Assembly (NCBI GenBank): GCA_041750285.1
Contig: JBGSZS010000021.1
Location: 25,987-89,986, forward strand
Length of the DNA stretch: 64,000 bases
From: Candidatus Fermentibacteraceae bacterium
GTDB taxonomy: Bacteria > Fermentibacterota > Fermentibacteria > Fermentibacterales > JCC-6
Direction of reading: 5' to 3'
Part shown: in pieces, positions 44,770 through 54,282 of the stretch
Numbering within the stretch: the first letter of the stretch is position 1
How the letters are laid out: each line of letters begins with the position of its first letter
Notes under the pieces: model-generated
Databases searched by the model: none
What the model was told of the DNA's origin: nothing
What the model saw: only the letters and a program-made list of their open reading frames with translations
Translations under genes and position numbers: made by a program

Positions 44770-45209
44770 TGCCTGAGTATACCGTTACCATCTGTGGCAA
44801 TACCTACCTTGTGAACATAGGACGCCTCGAGGACGACCAGATCGAGGTCAGGCTCGGCGACAGGACGTTCACCGCCACTGTTGAGTCATCGACAAGAAAA
44901 CCCGCGAAAACGCCCACCATTGTTAGGGAGAAGAGGGTTCACGACGCGTCGGCATCACCCGACCGTACCACGGCGCCCGGTGAACTCACGAGCAAGGGCG
45001 ACATCCTGTCCCCCCTGCCCGGCAACATTCTGAAGCTGATGGTGAAGCAGGGCGACAAGGTGGAGAAGGGACAGATCGTTGCCATCATGGAAGCCATGAA
45101 GATGGAGAACGAGATCGAGTCTCCCCACTCCGGGACCGTTTCCAAAGTCGCGGTTCACGAGGGCGACACCGTGCTGGAGAATGCCATCATCATGAGTATA
45201 GGGGGCTGA
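44769..45209 (+). CDS. mmdC: Biotin carboxyl carrier subunit of the decarboxylase
   Basis: SPLPG and EAMKMENEI biotinylation motif. Confidence 0.92.
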   Translation: MPEYTVTICGNTYLVNIGRLEDDQIEVRLGDRTFTATVESSTRKPAKTPTIVREKRVHDASASPDRTTAPGELTSKGDILSPLPGNILKLMVKQGDKVEKGQIVAIMEAMKMENEIESPHSGTVSKVAVHEGDTVLENAIIMSIGG

Positions 45210-45212
45210 GTG

Positions 45213-46415
45213 ATGTCCCCGCTCTCACGGATGCTTCTGTTCATCACCGGATCGCAGGCGGGAAGCAGCCTGGATATGGTGAGCTACCTCAGGAACACAG
45301 GCTTTCTTCTGCTCGAACCCGGCAACGTGGTGATGATCCTGATCGGTCTCGCCATGATCTACCTCGCGATCCGCAAGGATTACGAGCCCCTGCTCCTTGT
45401 TCCCATAGGCTTCGGCATCCTTGCGGGCAACATGCCCTACAACCCAGACCTCATGCCCATCGGTTACCTCGACGTTCTTGGCGGGCAGCAGTCGGTGTTC
45501 CGCCTGTTCTATTTCGGTGTGAGCAGCGGACTGTTCCCCCCTCTCATCTTTCTGGGAATCGGCGCCATGACCGACTTCAGCGCACTTCTTTCCAACCCGA
45601 AACTCCTTCTGCTCGGAGCCGCGGCCCAACTCGGCATTTTCGTCACTCTTCTCGGGTCGCTCCTGCTCGGGTTCGACATGAGGCAGGCGGCATCCATCGG
45701 CATCATAGGCGGCGCCGACGGCCCCACCGCCATCTTCCTGGCAAGCCAGCTCGCACCGGGGCTGCTGGGGGCAATAGCCATCGCGGCCTACTCCTACATG
45801 GGGCTTGTCCCCGTTATCCAGCCCCCCATCATGCGCCTTCTCACCACGAAGGAAGAGCGCCTGATCAGGATGAAACCCGCCAGAAAGGTCAGCCAGACCG
45901 AAAAGATCCTCTTCCCTGTCGTGGCCTTCATCGTGACGGCCTTCATCGCACCCGGCGCCATCACGCTCCTCGGCATGCTCTTTTTCGGCAATCTCCTGAA
46001 GGAAAGCGGCGTCACGCGGCGCCTGGCCGACAGCGCCCAGGGCGCGCTAAACAACATCGTCGTCATCATCCTCGGTTTCAGCGTGGGCACAAGCACCCAG
46101 GCCAGGTACTTCCTCACGGTCGACAGCATCAAGATCTTCGCACTGGGGGCCTTCAGCTTTGCCATTGCCACAGCGGGGGGTGTGCTCTTCGCCAAGTTCA
46201 TGAACCTCTTTCTAAGAGGCGACAACAGGATAAATCCCCTGATAGGCGCAGCCGGTGTCTCCGCGGTGCCCGATTCCGCCAGGGTTGCGGAGATGGAGGG
46301 CCGCAAGAGCGACCCCAAGAACCACCTCCTCATGCACGCCATGGCACCCAACGTAGCGGGAGTTATCGGCAGCGCCATTGCAGCGGGAGTCCTTCTCAGT
46401 GTGGTGGCCAAGTAG
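45213..46415 (+). CDS. mmdB: Na+-translocating decarboxylase beta subunit
   Basis: EPLLLVPIGFG, GAMTDF, IGGADGPT, GAAGVSAVP and HAMAPNVAG motifs. Confidence 0.95.
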   Translation: MSPLSRMLLFITGSQAGSSLDMVSYLRNTGFLLLEPGNVVMILIGLAMIYLAIRKDYEPLLLVPIGFGILAGNMPYNPDLMPIGYLDVLGGQQSVFRLFYFGVSSGLFPPLIFLGIGAMTDFSALLSNPKLLLLGAAAQLGIFVTLLGSLLLGFDMRQAASIGIIGGADGPTAIFLASQLAPGLLGAIAIAAYSYMGLVPVIQPPIMRLLTTKEERLIRMKPARKVSQTEKILFPVVAFIVTAFIAPGAITLLGMLFFGNLLKESGVTRRLADSAQGALNNIVVIILGFSVGTSTQARYFLTVDSIKIFALGAFSFAIATAGGVLFAKFMNLFLRGDNRINPLIGAAGVSAVPDSARVAEMEGRKSDPKNHLLMHAMAPNVAGVIGSAIAAGVLLSVVAK

Positions 46416-47398
46416 TGAAGGCTTCATACGACTTCATGGTTACCGGGGGTGCGGGTTTCATAGGTTCGCACCTCTGCACCACACTTGTGTCGACCGGCAG
46501 AAGCGTTCTTGTTCTCGATGACCTCTCCACGGGGCGGATGGAGAACATCGCCCACCTTGGGCAGAGTCCTCTGTTCCGGTTCAACCGTGGTTCCGTAATG
46601 GACCGGGGAACCGTAACCGAGCTTGCCGCGAGCTGCGGATCGGTCATCCATCTGGCCGCGGCCGTCGGGGTCGAGAACATCATAAGGCACCCAGTAGAGA
46701 CCATTGAGATCAACATCGGAGGCACCGAGAACGTTCTTTCAGCCGCCGCGGCGCACGGGCTCAAGGTGTTCGTCGCCTCCACCAGCGAAGTCTACGGCAA
46801 GAGCTGGGAAACCCCCTTCCGTGAGGACGGCGACATCGTTCTTGGCGCCACGAGCCGAAGCCGGTGGAGTTACGCGTGCAGCAAGGCGCTGGACGAGTTC
46901 CTCGCACTGGCACACCACAAGGCCAGGGGGCTGCCCGTTGTCGTGGGAAGGCTGTTCAACACGGTCGGCCCCAGACAGTCCGGCAGGTATGGCATGGTCC
47001 TTCCCCGGTTCATCAACCAGGCCCTCACCGGAAAGCCCCTTACGGTTTTCGGCAACGGGACCCAGACCCGGTGCTTCAGCTCGGTGCACGAGGTCATCCA
47101 GTGCATCCTGGCACTCATGAATACCCCCGAAGCCGTGGGAAAGGTTATCAACATAGGCTCGGTACAGGAGATAACGATACTGGAGCTGGCACGCCGTGTT
47201 CTCGAGATAACCGGCTCCACTTCGGTCATCGAACTGACGCCATACGATGAGGCATACCCCGGCGATTTCGAGGACATGCAGAGGCGGGTGCCCGACGTGA
47301 CCCTTCTCAGGAGCCTTGTCGGTTTCTCACCTTCGGCCCCCATCGAAGACATCATCCGGTCCATCCTCGAGCACGGGGTTCCCGAAGGGGCCGATTGA
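46415..47398 (+). CDS. NAD-dependent nucleotide-sugar epimerase/dehydratase
   Basis: TGGAGFIGSH, ASTSEVYG, YACSK and RLFNTVGPRQ motifs. Confidence 0.93.
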   Translation: MKASYDFMVTGGAGFIGSHLCTTLVSTGRSVLVLDDLSTGRMENIAHLGQSPLFRFNRGSVMDRGTVTELAASCGSVIHLAAAVGVENIIRHPVETIEINIGGTENVLSAAAAHGLKVFVASTSEVYGKSWETPFREDGDIVLGATSRSRWSYACSKALDEFLALAHHKARGLPVVVGRLFNTVGPRQSGRYGMVLPRFINQALTGKPLTVFGNGTQTRCFSSVHEVIQCILALMNTPEAVGKVINIGSVQEITILELARRVLEITGSTSVIELTPYDEAYPGDFEDMQRRVPDVTLLRSLVGFSPSAPIEDIIRSILEHGVPEGAD

Positions 47399-48183
47399 CA
47401 GCCGTTACGAGCGCCGGGAACAGAAGGGTGAAGCTTGCGGTTTCCCTTCACCGGCCTCAGGGATGTCTGGAACACGGGGCCTTTCTTGTGGAAGGCCCCC
47501 GTTTTCTTGACGGTGCACGGAACAGCAGACCCCTCTTCGTCATGGTGTCGGCCCGGGCTTCCACCGAGGCTCTCGCAGCCGCAGAAAAGTCCGTGGGGAT
47601 GGGGCTTGAGGTAATCGAGCTCTCACCGCAGGTGTTCTCCCGTGTTTCCGACACAAAAACCCCGCAGGGTATAATCGCCGTTTTCCCGCTTCCGGAATGG
47701 GATGAAGCGGATGTGTTCGGGGGCGGGACGGTGGTGGCCCTCGACGGCGTGTCCGACCCTGGCAACGCGGGCACCATCATCCGCTCCGCAGCGGCGTTTC
47801 AGTGTAACGGAGCGGTTTTCCTCCCCGGAAGCGCATACCCCTTCGCCCCCAAGACGACAAGGTCGGCCGCGGGTGCAAACACTGCCCTGCCGATAATCAT
47901 GGCGGGGTCGCTTCATGCATTGAAGGAAAGACATCCGGGATACGTCTTCGCTGGCGCAGATACCGGGGGCATCCCCCTGCGTGATTTCAGACCTGGCGGC
48001 CCGGCATGCATCGTGGTGGGGTCGGAAGCCCACGGGCTCTCTGCGGAAACCACGAAATGCCTCTCCGAAAGGGTCGCCATACCAATGGCCGGCGGGGTCG
48101 ATTCCCTTAACGCGGGCGTGTGCGCCTCAATCATCCTCCATCACCTGCACTCCACGGGGAACTGTCCGGCCTCCGCGGAGTAG
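47395..48183 (+). CDS. TrmH/SpoU-family RNA methyltransferase
   Basis: DPGNAGTIIRSA, VGSEAHG and IPM.GGVDSLN motifs. Confidence 0.93.
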   Translation: MTAVTSAGNRRVKLAVSLHRPQGCLEHGAFLVEGPRFLDGARNSRPLFVMVSARASTEALAAAEKSVGMGLEVIELSPQVFSRVSDTKTPQGIIAVFPLPEWDEADVFGGGTVVALDGVSDPGNAGTIIRSAAAFQCNGAVFLPGSAYPFAPKTTRSAAGANTALPIIMAGSLHALKERHPGYVFAGADTGGIPLRDFRPGGPACIVVGSEAHGLSAETTKCLSERVAIPMAGGVDSLNAGVCASIILHHLHSTGNCPASAE

Positions 48184-48228
48184 AGCATATTGCGAAAAAG
48201 GATTTCCCAATCACCCGGAAGGTGTTAA

Positions 48229-49764
48229 ATGAAAACAGCACTGTTTTTTGCGCTCATCCTCACTGCGGTTCAGGCTTTCGGTGCGGGCCTCTTCCTCATC
48301 CCCGACCCTGAAGCCGAAGCCCGGGACGGGTACATCGTCGTCTACAGGGCACAGGATCACATCGTGGCCCTGGGCTTCCCCACTTCCGACTCCCGGACCC
48401 TCGACACGGGCGCAAGGGGCCTTGCGGATTTTGCGCTGGTGACCATCTCGAGCGAAGCCGGCATGCTTGACATTGCCGGGATCGGCGAACCGGTCTACCG
48501 CGACGGCAACACCGTGATCGTGAGGCTTTCGGTTCCCATGCCCGAGGATTTCGTGCGTCCGGGCATACATCACATTCAGCCCCTGCGGGAGAACAGGGCT
48601 CCGGCGCAGCCCATCCCCATCCCCATGGGCAGCGGGTACGATGCCGTCGTGGCCGACATCGTGGCCGCCGTCAACCAGGACTCGCTGGTTTCCTACACCA
48701 CGAACTACCAGAACTACCTGACCCGGCACTCCAACTCCGACGGGTTCGACACCGCATGCGCCTGGAGTCAGGAAAGGTTCGAGGGCATGGGGCTCGATGT
48801 CGAGATACAGCCGTTCCCCATGGGCAGCTACAATTGCCAGAACGTGATAGCCACCCAGACGGGCACCGTCTACCCCAACCGCTACTGGGTCATCTGCGGC
48901 CACCTCGACAGCACGTCTCCCAACCCCTCCTACAACGCTCCCGGCGCCGATGACAACGCTAGCGGCTCCGCAGCGGTGGTCGAGGCTGCAAGGCTCATGA
49001 GCCAGTACCAGTTCGAGTACACGGTGAAGTACATGCTCTTCGGCGGCGAGGAACAGGGCCTCTACGGCAGCGAGTACTACGCCACGCAGGCAGCCGCGGC
49101 CGGAGACAGCATCATGGGCGTCGTGAACATGGACATGATCTTTTACGGTCCCGCAGGGAACGACATCGGCTGGCTTCACTACAACACCGCTTCAACCGGG
49201 CTCGGTGTGGCATTCCAGGCTATAAGCGACACCTACGTTCCCGCGCTCGAGCTGGAAGTCGCTTCCTCCCCCACCGGAGCGAGCGACCACGCAAGTTTCT
49301 GGTACAGCGGCTACGCCGCAATGCTTAACATCGAACGGCAGGTTTTCAGCAACCCCTACTACCACCAGACGACTGACCTGATGGCAAACTACATGCAGTA
49401 CTTCCCCTTCGGCACCAACATGGCAAAGGCATGCATCGCAGCGGTTGCCTACCTTGCCGACCCCGTCGAAACCGGCGTTGGGGAAGCCTCGAGCACCCCG
49501 GTCTTTTCGGAAATGGCGCTCAGCGTCCAGCCCAACCCAGTCTCCTCCTCGGCGTTGGTCAGGATTCACGCCCTTTCACCCGCCCAGGCCGGTCTTCAGG
49601 TCTTTGACCTCTCAGGCAGGTCGGTGCACCGCGAAACGATACTCCTCACGCCGGGCGAGAACATGGTGTCGGTTGATGCCTCATCCCTTCCCATGGGCAT
49701 CTACACCATCAGGGTGACTTCAGCGGGAAGTTCGCGCAACACCCGCATGGTCGTGGCCCGGTAA
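48229..49764 (+). CDS. Secreted M28-family metallopeptidase with T9SS-like C-terminal domain
   Basis: Signal peptide; GHLDS, GADDNASG, GEEQGLYGS, SDHASF and YH...D motifs; PNP...VFDLSGR...GIY tail. Confidence 0.92.
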   Translation: MKTALFFALILTAVQAFGAGLFLIPDPEAEARDGYIVVYRAQDHIVALGFPTSDSRTLDTGARGLADFALVTISSEAGMLDIAGIGEPVYRDGNTVIVRLSVPMPEDFVRPGIHHIQPLRENRAPAQPIPIPMGSGYDAVVADIVAAVNQDSLVSYTTNYQNYLTRHSNSDGFDTACAWSQERFEGMGLDVEIQPFPMGSYNCQNVIATQTGTVYPNRYWVICGHLDSTSPNPSYNAPGADDNASGSAAVVEAARLMSQYQFEYTVKYMLFGGEEQGLYGSEYYATQAAAAGDSIMGVVNMDMIFYGPAGNDIGWLHYNTASTGLGVAFQAISDTYVPALELEVASSPTGASDHASFWYSGYAAMLNIERQVFSNPYYHQTTDLMANYMQYFPFGTNMAKACIAAVAYLADPVETGVGEASSTPVFSEMALSVQPNPVSSSALVRIHALSPAQAGLQVFDLSGRSVHRETILLTPGENMVSVDASSLPMGIYTIRVTSAGSSRNTRMVVAR

Positions 49765-49774
49765 CGAAACGGAT

Positions 49775-49799
49775 CCGGGGAGGGCGACGCCCTCCCCGG
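49775..49799. terminator. GC-rich hairpin downstream of the M28 peptidase
   Basis: CCGGGGAGGGC-GAC-GCCCTCCCCGG inverted repeat; U-tract weak. Confidence 0.55.
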
Positions 49800-49977
49800 T
49801 CCTTCCCGAAGTATTCAAAAATACGCTCTCTCACGGAGTGTTCTGTACGGGCAATTCGATCCTGTGTTGAAAAACCACGCATATCGCTGCAATTGCATGC
49901 ACGAATGTCCACCACTGATGGACATACCGTGCAGTGAATGCGGATACAGGTCAATGCGCTGCAGCCGGAGCGGATTG

Positions 49978-50008
49978 AAAAGGCCGCCGGGAAAGCATCC
50001 GGCGGCCT
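49978..50008 (-). terminator. Intrinsic terminator after tRNA-Ser
   Basis: AGGCCGCCGG...CCGGCGGCCT stem followed by T-run on the minus strand. Confidence 0.7.
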
Positions 50009-50018
50009 GTACATATCC

Positions 50019-50107
50019 TGGCGGAGGAGGTGGGATTCGAACCCACGGACCCCAAAGGAGTCAACGGTTTTCGAGACCGTCCCGTTCAACCGCTCCGGCA
50101 CCCCTCC
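50019..50107 (-). tRNA. tRNA-Ser(CGA)
   Basis: GGAGGGG acceptor stem, anticodon arm ACGGT-CTCGAAA-ACCGT, long variable arm, GGTTCGAATCC and encoded CCA. Confidence 0.96.
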
Positions 50108-50341
50108 GCCGGGAGTGATAATATAAATGCGCAGGATGTGAAATCATAGAATGGTAAGGAAACGGAGCGAATCAGATGAGGATAGCATTACGAACAAAAA
50201 CGAAAATTATACATGCATAGGATTACACTCTAAAGTTTAATATGGCACTTAGAGTAAGCTATTTTCATATACGTATTATTGAAGAAATATCATACACAGT
50301 CACTTCTCATAGTTTACTGAACTCATAAAGAATATCTGCCA

Positions 50342-50370
50342 TTGACAATATAGACATCGGCATATATACA
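50342..50370 (+). promoter_or_regulatory. Sigma70-type promoter upstream of the esterase gene
   Basis: TTGACA-17 nt-TATACA in an AT-rich intergenic region. Confidence 0.6.
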
Positions 50371-50531
50371 AACGCAGGGGCTGCTGTCGGCAGCACCGGC
50401 AGAAATGGGGTCTTTCCTCTCACTTCCTTTTCTCAGGCTACTCCCCTCCTCAAGGCATCGGTGTCGGCGCCGCCGGATCAGGCCGGAAATACCGGCATTC
50501 AGCAGTGTTTCTCAGAGAGGGGTGTACAGAG

Positions 50532-51851
50532 ATGTACAGGGTTTTGCTCACAGCAATGCTCCTTCTGGCTCTGCCGCTGGAAGTGTTCGCGGGGGGGACC
50601 GTATTGAACACTTCGTTTTTCAGCCCGGCACTGGGTCAGGAGAAGAGCGTGCAGGTTTACCTTCCGGAGGGCTATCAGCCCCAGGGGAGCGGAAGGTACC
50701 CCGTGATCTACTATTTCCACGGCGCCGGGATACTTCTCGGCCACAACGAATTCCCCACCCTGGTGGCCACCCTTGACGAAATGATCGAAACCCAGCAGAT
50801 CAAACCGGTCATCGTGGTGAGACCCGACGGATTCTCATCCCCCTACCCGGCGTCTTTCTACACAAGTTCAGCCCTCTACGGTGATCTGGAGGGTTACATG
50901 TCCACAGACCTCATCGCCTGGACTGACGCCACATTCAGAACGATTCCAAGCCGGATGAAGCGCGCCCTGATGGGCCATTCCATGGGCGGTTACGGTGCGC
51001 TCATGTACTATGGGCAGCACCCCGACCTCTACTGCTGCGCCGCGGGGGTCTGCGCCAGCGGTCTCGACCTGCCCAGCATGCTGATGATCAACGTATACGG
51101 TGTGCTTGCCGAACTTCAGGCAATGGGGCAGCAGGGGCCTCCCTGGTTCTACACCCCCAGCGCCGGGTTTGCCAATGCGGTGCTTTTCAGCATGTCCGGG
51201 GCTTTTTCACCGGATCTCACAAATCCGCCTTTCTACGTGGACCTGCCCCTGGACCCGTACGCCAACGTGATACCCGAGGTCTGGGAACTCTGGATGCAGC
51301 ACAACATGCCCAATCTTGTCCAAAGCCTTGCCTGCCCCCCCTGGAGACATGACGGCAGGGTGTACTTCGATGCAGGCACCCTTGACCAGTTCTACATCAT
51401 GCCTTCCTCCAACGCGTTCGCCTGCTCACTCGACGTTATGGGGATCGACTACGAGTACCAGGTCTTCGAGGGAGGACACTTCGACAGACTGACCGAGAGG
51501 TTCCCCATCGCCGTTGATTTCCTCTGTTCGGCCATGCATCACCAGCGGGGCGGAAACGACGGGGGGGAATGCAGCTCGGCGATTCCGGTCAGCATCCTCG
51601 GAAACCATCACGCCTCCATGGAACCCTCGGGCGAGATAGGAATAACCTTCGAAATGGCAGCCCCGGGAGACGTGCGAATGTCTCTGTACGACTGCGCCGG
51701 AAGAAGGGTCTCCACTCTCCATGACGGCGTTCTTGAGTCCGGCAGCCACACCGTGAGGGTCAGCGCCGGAGAGTTCCCCTGCGGGATTTACTTCTACGGA
51801 ATAACCTGTGGGGGAGAACTGGCTTCGGGCAAAGTGTCCGTGATCAGGTAA
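50532..51851 (+). CDS. Secreted alpha/beta-hydrolase (putative esterase) with T9SS/FlgD-like C-terminal domain
   Basis: Signal peptide; VYLPEGY, YPVIYYFHG, GHSMGGYGA and FEGGH motifs; LYDCAGRRV...GIYF tail. Confidence 0.9.
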   Translation: MYRVLLTAMLLLALPLEVFAGGTVLNTSFFSPALGQEKSVQVYLPEGYQPQGSGRYPVIYYFHGAGILLGHNEFPTLVATLDEMIETQQIKPVIVVRPDGFSSPYPASFYTSSALYGDLEGYMSTDLIAWTDATFRTIPSRMKRALMGHSMGGYGALMYYGQHPDLYCCAAGVCASGLDLPSMLMINVYGVLAELQAMGQQGPPWFYTPSAGFANAVLFSMSGAFSPDLTNPPFYVDLPLDPYANVIPEVWELWMQHNMPNLVQSLACPPWRHDGRVYFDAGTLDQFYIMPSSNAFACSLDVMGIDYEYQVFEGGHFDRLTERFPIAVDFLCSAMHHQRGGNDGGECSSAIPVSILGNHHASMEPSGEIGITFEMAAPGDVRMSLYDCAGRRVSTLHDGVLESGSHTVRVSAGEFPCGIYFYGITCGGELASGKVSVIR

Positions 51852-51857
51852 ACGAAA

Positions 51858-51884
51858 GATGGGGGAGGCATTGCCTCCCCCATC
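51858..51884. terminator. Hairpin terminator between convergent genes
   Basis: Perfect inverted repeat GATGGGGGAGGCA-T-TGCCTCCCCCATC, T-rich on the minus strand. Confidence 0.75.
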
Positions 51885-51902
51885 CAAACCCACTGCAGCT
51901 TT

Positions 51903-52265
51903 TCACCCAATCCCTTCCGCCCGCACCGGGATCACAGCCAGAAGCACCAGTTCCTCCGTGCCTGCATTCATGAGCTCGTGCCCCTCACCGCTTCTTGTGA
52001 GTATGGCCGAACCGGGGAGGACATCCCGGACTTCCCCCCCATCCCTCACCATTCCTCTTCCGGAAAGGATGTAGTAAAGCTCATCCTCCCCCCGGTGAAC
52101 GTGGTGGCCTATGGAGCCGCCGGCCGGAATCGTTATCCTTGCGCACAGCCTTACCTTTATGCCGGCGCTGAAGTCGCCGGGAGCGAAGAGGCTCTCGATG
52201 ACCGACTCGCCCTCGCCTTCAAAAAGCCTTTTTCGCGTTACCTCGGGTTCAACTGCGATCTTCAC
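51903..52265 (-). CDS. Cupin domain protein
   Basis: GSIGHHVH.GEDELYYILSG.G and GEGH.L.N motifs. Confidence 0.9.
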   Translation of the reverse strand: MKIAVEPEVTRKRLFEGEGESVIESLFAPGDFSAGIKVRLCARITIPAGGSIGHHVHRGEDELYYILSGRGMVRDGGEVRDVLPGSAILTRSGEGHELMNAGTEELVLLAVIPVRAEGIG

Positions 52266-52418
52266 TGACCACCCGCTTCCTGTTGTTTCCAGAAACCTTG
52301 CCTTCAGTATCGCTGCATTAGATAGTATACAAGTTCAGGGGTTTCCACCGGGAACCGGAACGAGTGCGGGAATACTAGCATCATTTGTACGATACATCCG
52401 TTGAAACGGAGGGCGATA

Positions 52419-53390
52419 ATGCTCAAGGGAATTGTTGTGGCCCTTACGGTGGCTCTTGCGGTAATGGCAGCGTGTCTCACCGAGACGCCCCGCCCGATGG
52501 CCCCGGCGGCGGTTCAACCCGGGGCCGTGCTCGTGGACACCGGTTTCACCGCCATGTCTCCCGAACTTGGCAGTGTCTACACCTGGATAAAGGGTGGCGA
52601 GTACAAGGCCTTCACCGTCTTCTTCACACCCGTCGAGGGCGCTGCCTGGTACCAGGCAAGGCTTTCCACGTCACCAATCACCACCTCCAACTGGGACGAC
52701 GCACTGATCGCGGGCGAGATACCGGCCCCCGCCGAGTCGGCACTGGTCTTCCTCCAGCCCCGCGTGATTTCCGAAGCGTGCATCGGGTGCGGCCTTTGCG
52801 AGGCTGCGTGTCCCATCCTCCCCAACAGGGCCATTCAGGTGGTGAACGGCCTTGCCGTGATCGATGAGGACCTTTGCGGAAGCTGCGGCCTTTGCATAGA
52901 CGCCTGCCCCGTGAACGCCATAGAAGGCGGCCGCCTTGGAGAGGGTTACTATGTAGGCATCAGGGCCTATTTCAGCGACACCGAAGCATCCGGGGACATA
53001 CAGGTCTCATCCGAACCGATGCAGATCGTGACATACATCTACGATTTCATTCCCTTCGGCGGCTGTCTGAAGTGCATGACCAACGCTCCAGAAGGAGCCT
53101 GCACCACCTGCGCCCTGCTCATGGAGTACAACGATTCAGGCGTTTACACCGGGCCGTCATGCCCTGTCGGCGCCATCTGGCAGGACCTCGACAACGTCTA
53201 CGGACTGCCGGGGATGGTCTACATCGACTACGACCTTTGCATCAACTGCGGCCAGTGCTTCCTGGAGTGCTGGAACTACAACGATGTGATCAATCCCGAC
53301 GAGTACTATCAGCACAACCAGGCCGTGAGAAGGCTTGTGCTTCCCGCGGGAACCCTGCCCGAAGTTCCACCTCCTCCACCCCTGCGTTGA
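52419..53390 (+). CDS. Putative lipoprotein with multiple 4Fe-4S (CxxCxxCxxxCP) motifs
   Basis: GGAGG RBS; signal ending VMAAC; CIGCGLCEAACP, CGSCGLCIDACP and CINCGQCFLEC. Confidence 0.85.
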   Translation: MLKGIVVALTVALAVMAACLTETPRPMAPAAVQPGAVLVDTGFTAMSPELGSVYTWIKGGEYKAFTVFFTPVEGAAWYQARLSTSPITTSNWDDALIAGEIPAPAESALVFLQPRVISEACIGCGLCEAACPILPNRAIQVVNGLAVIDEDLCGSCGLCIDACPVNAIEGGRLGEGYYVGIRAYFSDTEASGDIQVSSEPMQIVTYIYDFIPFGGCLKCMTNAPEGACTTCALLMEYNDSGVYTGPSCPVGAIWQDLDNVYGLPGMVYIDYDLCINCGQCFLECWNYNDVINPDEYYQHNQAVRRLVLPAGTLPEVPPPPPLR

Positions 53391-53409
53391 CCCGGAAGGA
53401 AAGGAAAGC

Positions 53410-53826
53410 ATGAAAAAGCACCCGTTCATGATCCTCGCCCTTGCAGCCGCCGCAGCGGCCGGGCTCTTCACACTGCGCTGGGCACCCGTCGAGGGTGACT
53501 TCCAGGCCCTTCGGGTCAAGTCCTTCGGCCGGGTCATGGCCGAGATCGCTCCCACGGAGTGTTCCGTGGAGCTCAACGAAGACTACATAATCAACCCCGA
53601 GGCGTGCATAGGCTGCCAGATCTGTCTTAATTCGTGCCCCGTGGGGGCCATAAGCATGACTGAAGACAACAAGGCATGGATCGACCCCGGGAAGTGCATA
53701 CTCTGCGGTTTGTGCGTGGCATCGTGCCCGGTGGGCGCCATCGTGACGGTGGGCGAGGAGAACCTCGAGCTTTACGGGGTGAACGAGGAAGAAGTTCCGA
53801 TAGAGGCAGAATTCGAGGTGAACTGA
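53410..53826 (+). CDS. Signal-peptide/anchored 2[4Fe-4S] ferredoxin-like protein
   Basis: MKKHPFMILALAAAAAAG; CIGCQICLNSCP and CILCGLCVASCP. Confidence 0.85.
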   Translation: MKKHPFMILALAAAAAAGLFTLRWAPVEGDFQALRVKSFGRVMAEIAPTECSVELNEDYIINPEACIGCQICLNSCPVGAISMTEDNKAWIDPGKCILCGLCVASCPVGAIVTVGEENLELYGVNEEEVPIEAEFEVN

Positions 53827-54056
53827 TGCGTTTCAGGGGGGGGATTCTTCTGGTTCTCTTTCTTGCCGCAGCCATTGCGGTGGGTGCGGTCCGTTACTGG
53901 GTCGAGCCCGACAACTGCTCGGGCTGCGGTGACTGCTCAAGGGTGTGCCCCGTTGATGCGATCACGATCGAAGAGGGCAAATCCAGCATAGACCCGGCCA
54001 AGTGCATAGGCTGCGGGCTCTGCCAGGGGGTGTGCACGTATGACGCGATTCACTGA
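53826..54056 (+). CDS. Signal-peptide 2[4Fe-4S] ferredoxin-like protein
   Basis: TGATG coupling; MRFRGGILLVLFLAAAIAVGA; CSGCGDCSRVCP and CIGCGLCQGVC. Confidence 0.85.
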   Translation: MRFRGGILLVLFLAAAIAVGAVRYWVEPDNCSGCGDCSRVCPVDAITIEEGKSSIDPAKCIGCGLCQGVCTYDAIH

Positions 54057-54282
54057 GGCACTCGTACTGGCGGCCATGCTGCTTCTGGCCGCGTGTTCCG
54101 CCCCCACTGAGAACACCGGTCTGGTTGTCGACAACGACCTTTGCATCGGCTGCGGCGAATGCGAAAAGGTCTGCCCCTACAACGCGATCGAGGTCGTGGA
54201 CGGCGATGCCGTGATCAACCCCTCGCTCTGCCGTCTCTGCTACCGCTGCGTGGAGATCTGCCCGAAGGGAGCGGTGTACTGA
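54040..54282 (+). CDS. Lipoprotein 2[4Fe-4S] ferredoxin-like protein
   Basis: Lipobox LLAAC; CIGCGECEKVCP and CRLCYRCVEICP. Confidence 0.85.
   Translation: MTRFTEALVLAAMLLLAACSAPTENTGLVVDNDLCIGCGECEKVCPYNAIEVVDGDAVINPSLCRLCYRCVEICPKGAVY

Noticed and set aside
50019..50107. Long-variable-arm tRNA as a possible tRNA-Sec (selC)
   Set aside because: The anticodon is CGA, not TCA, and the acceptor stem is the standard 7 bp; it is tRNA-Ser. No sel genes are visible in this window.
52401..52421. KRR in the TTG-extended N-terminus as a Tat signal
   Set aside because: It does not fit S/T-R-R-x-F-L-K, and those codons coincide with the GGAGG RBS of the ATG at 52419.
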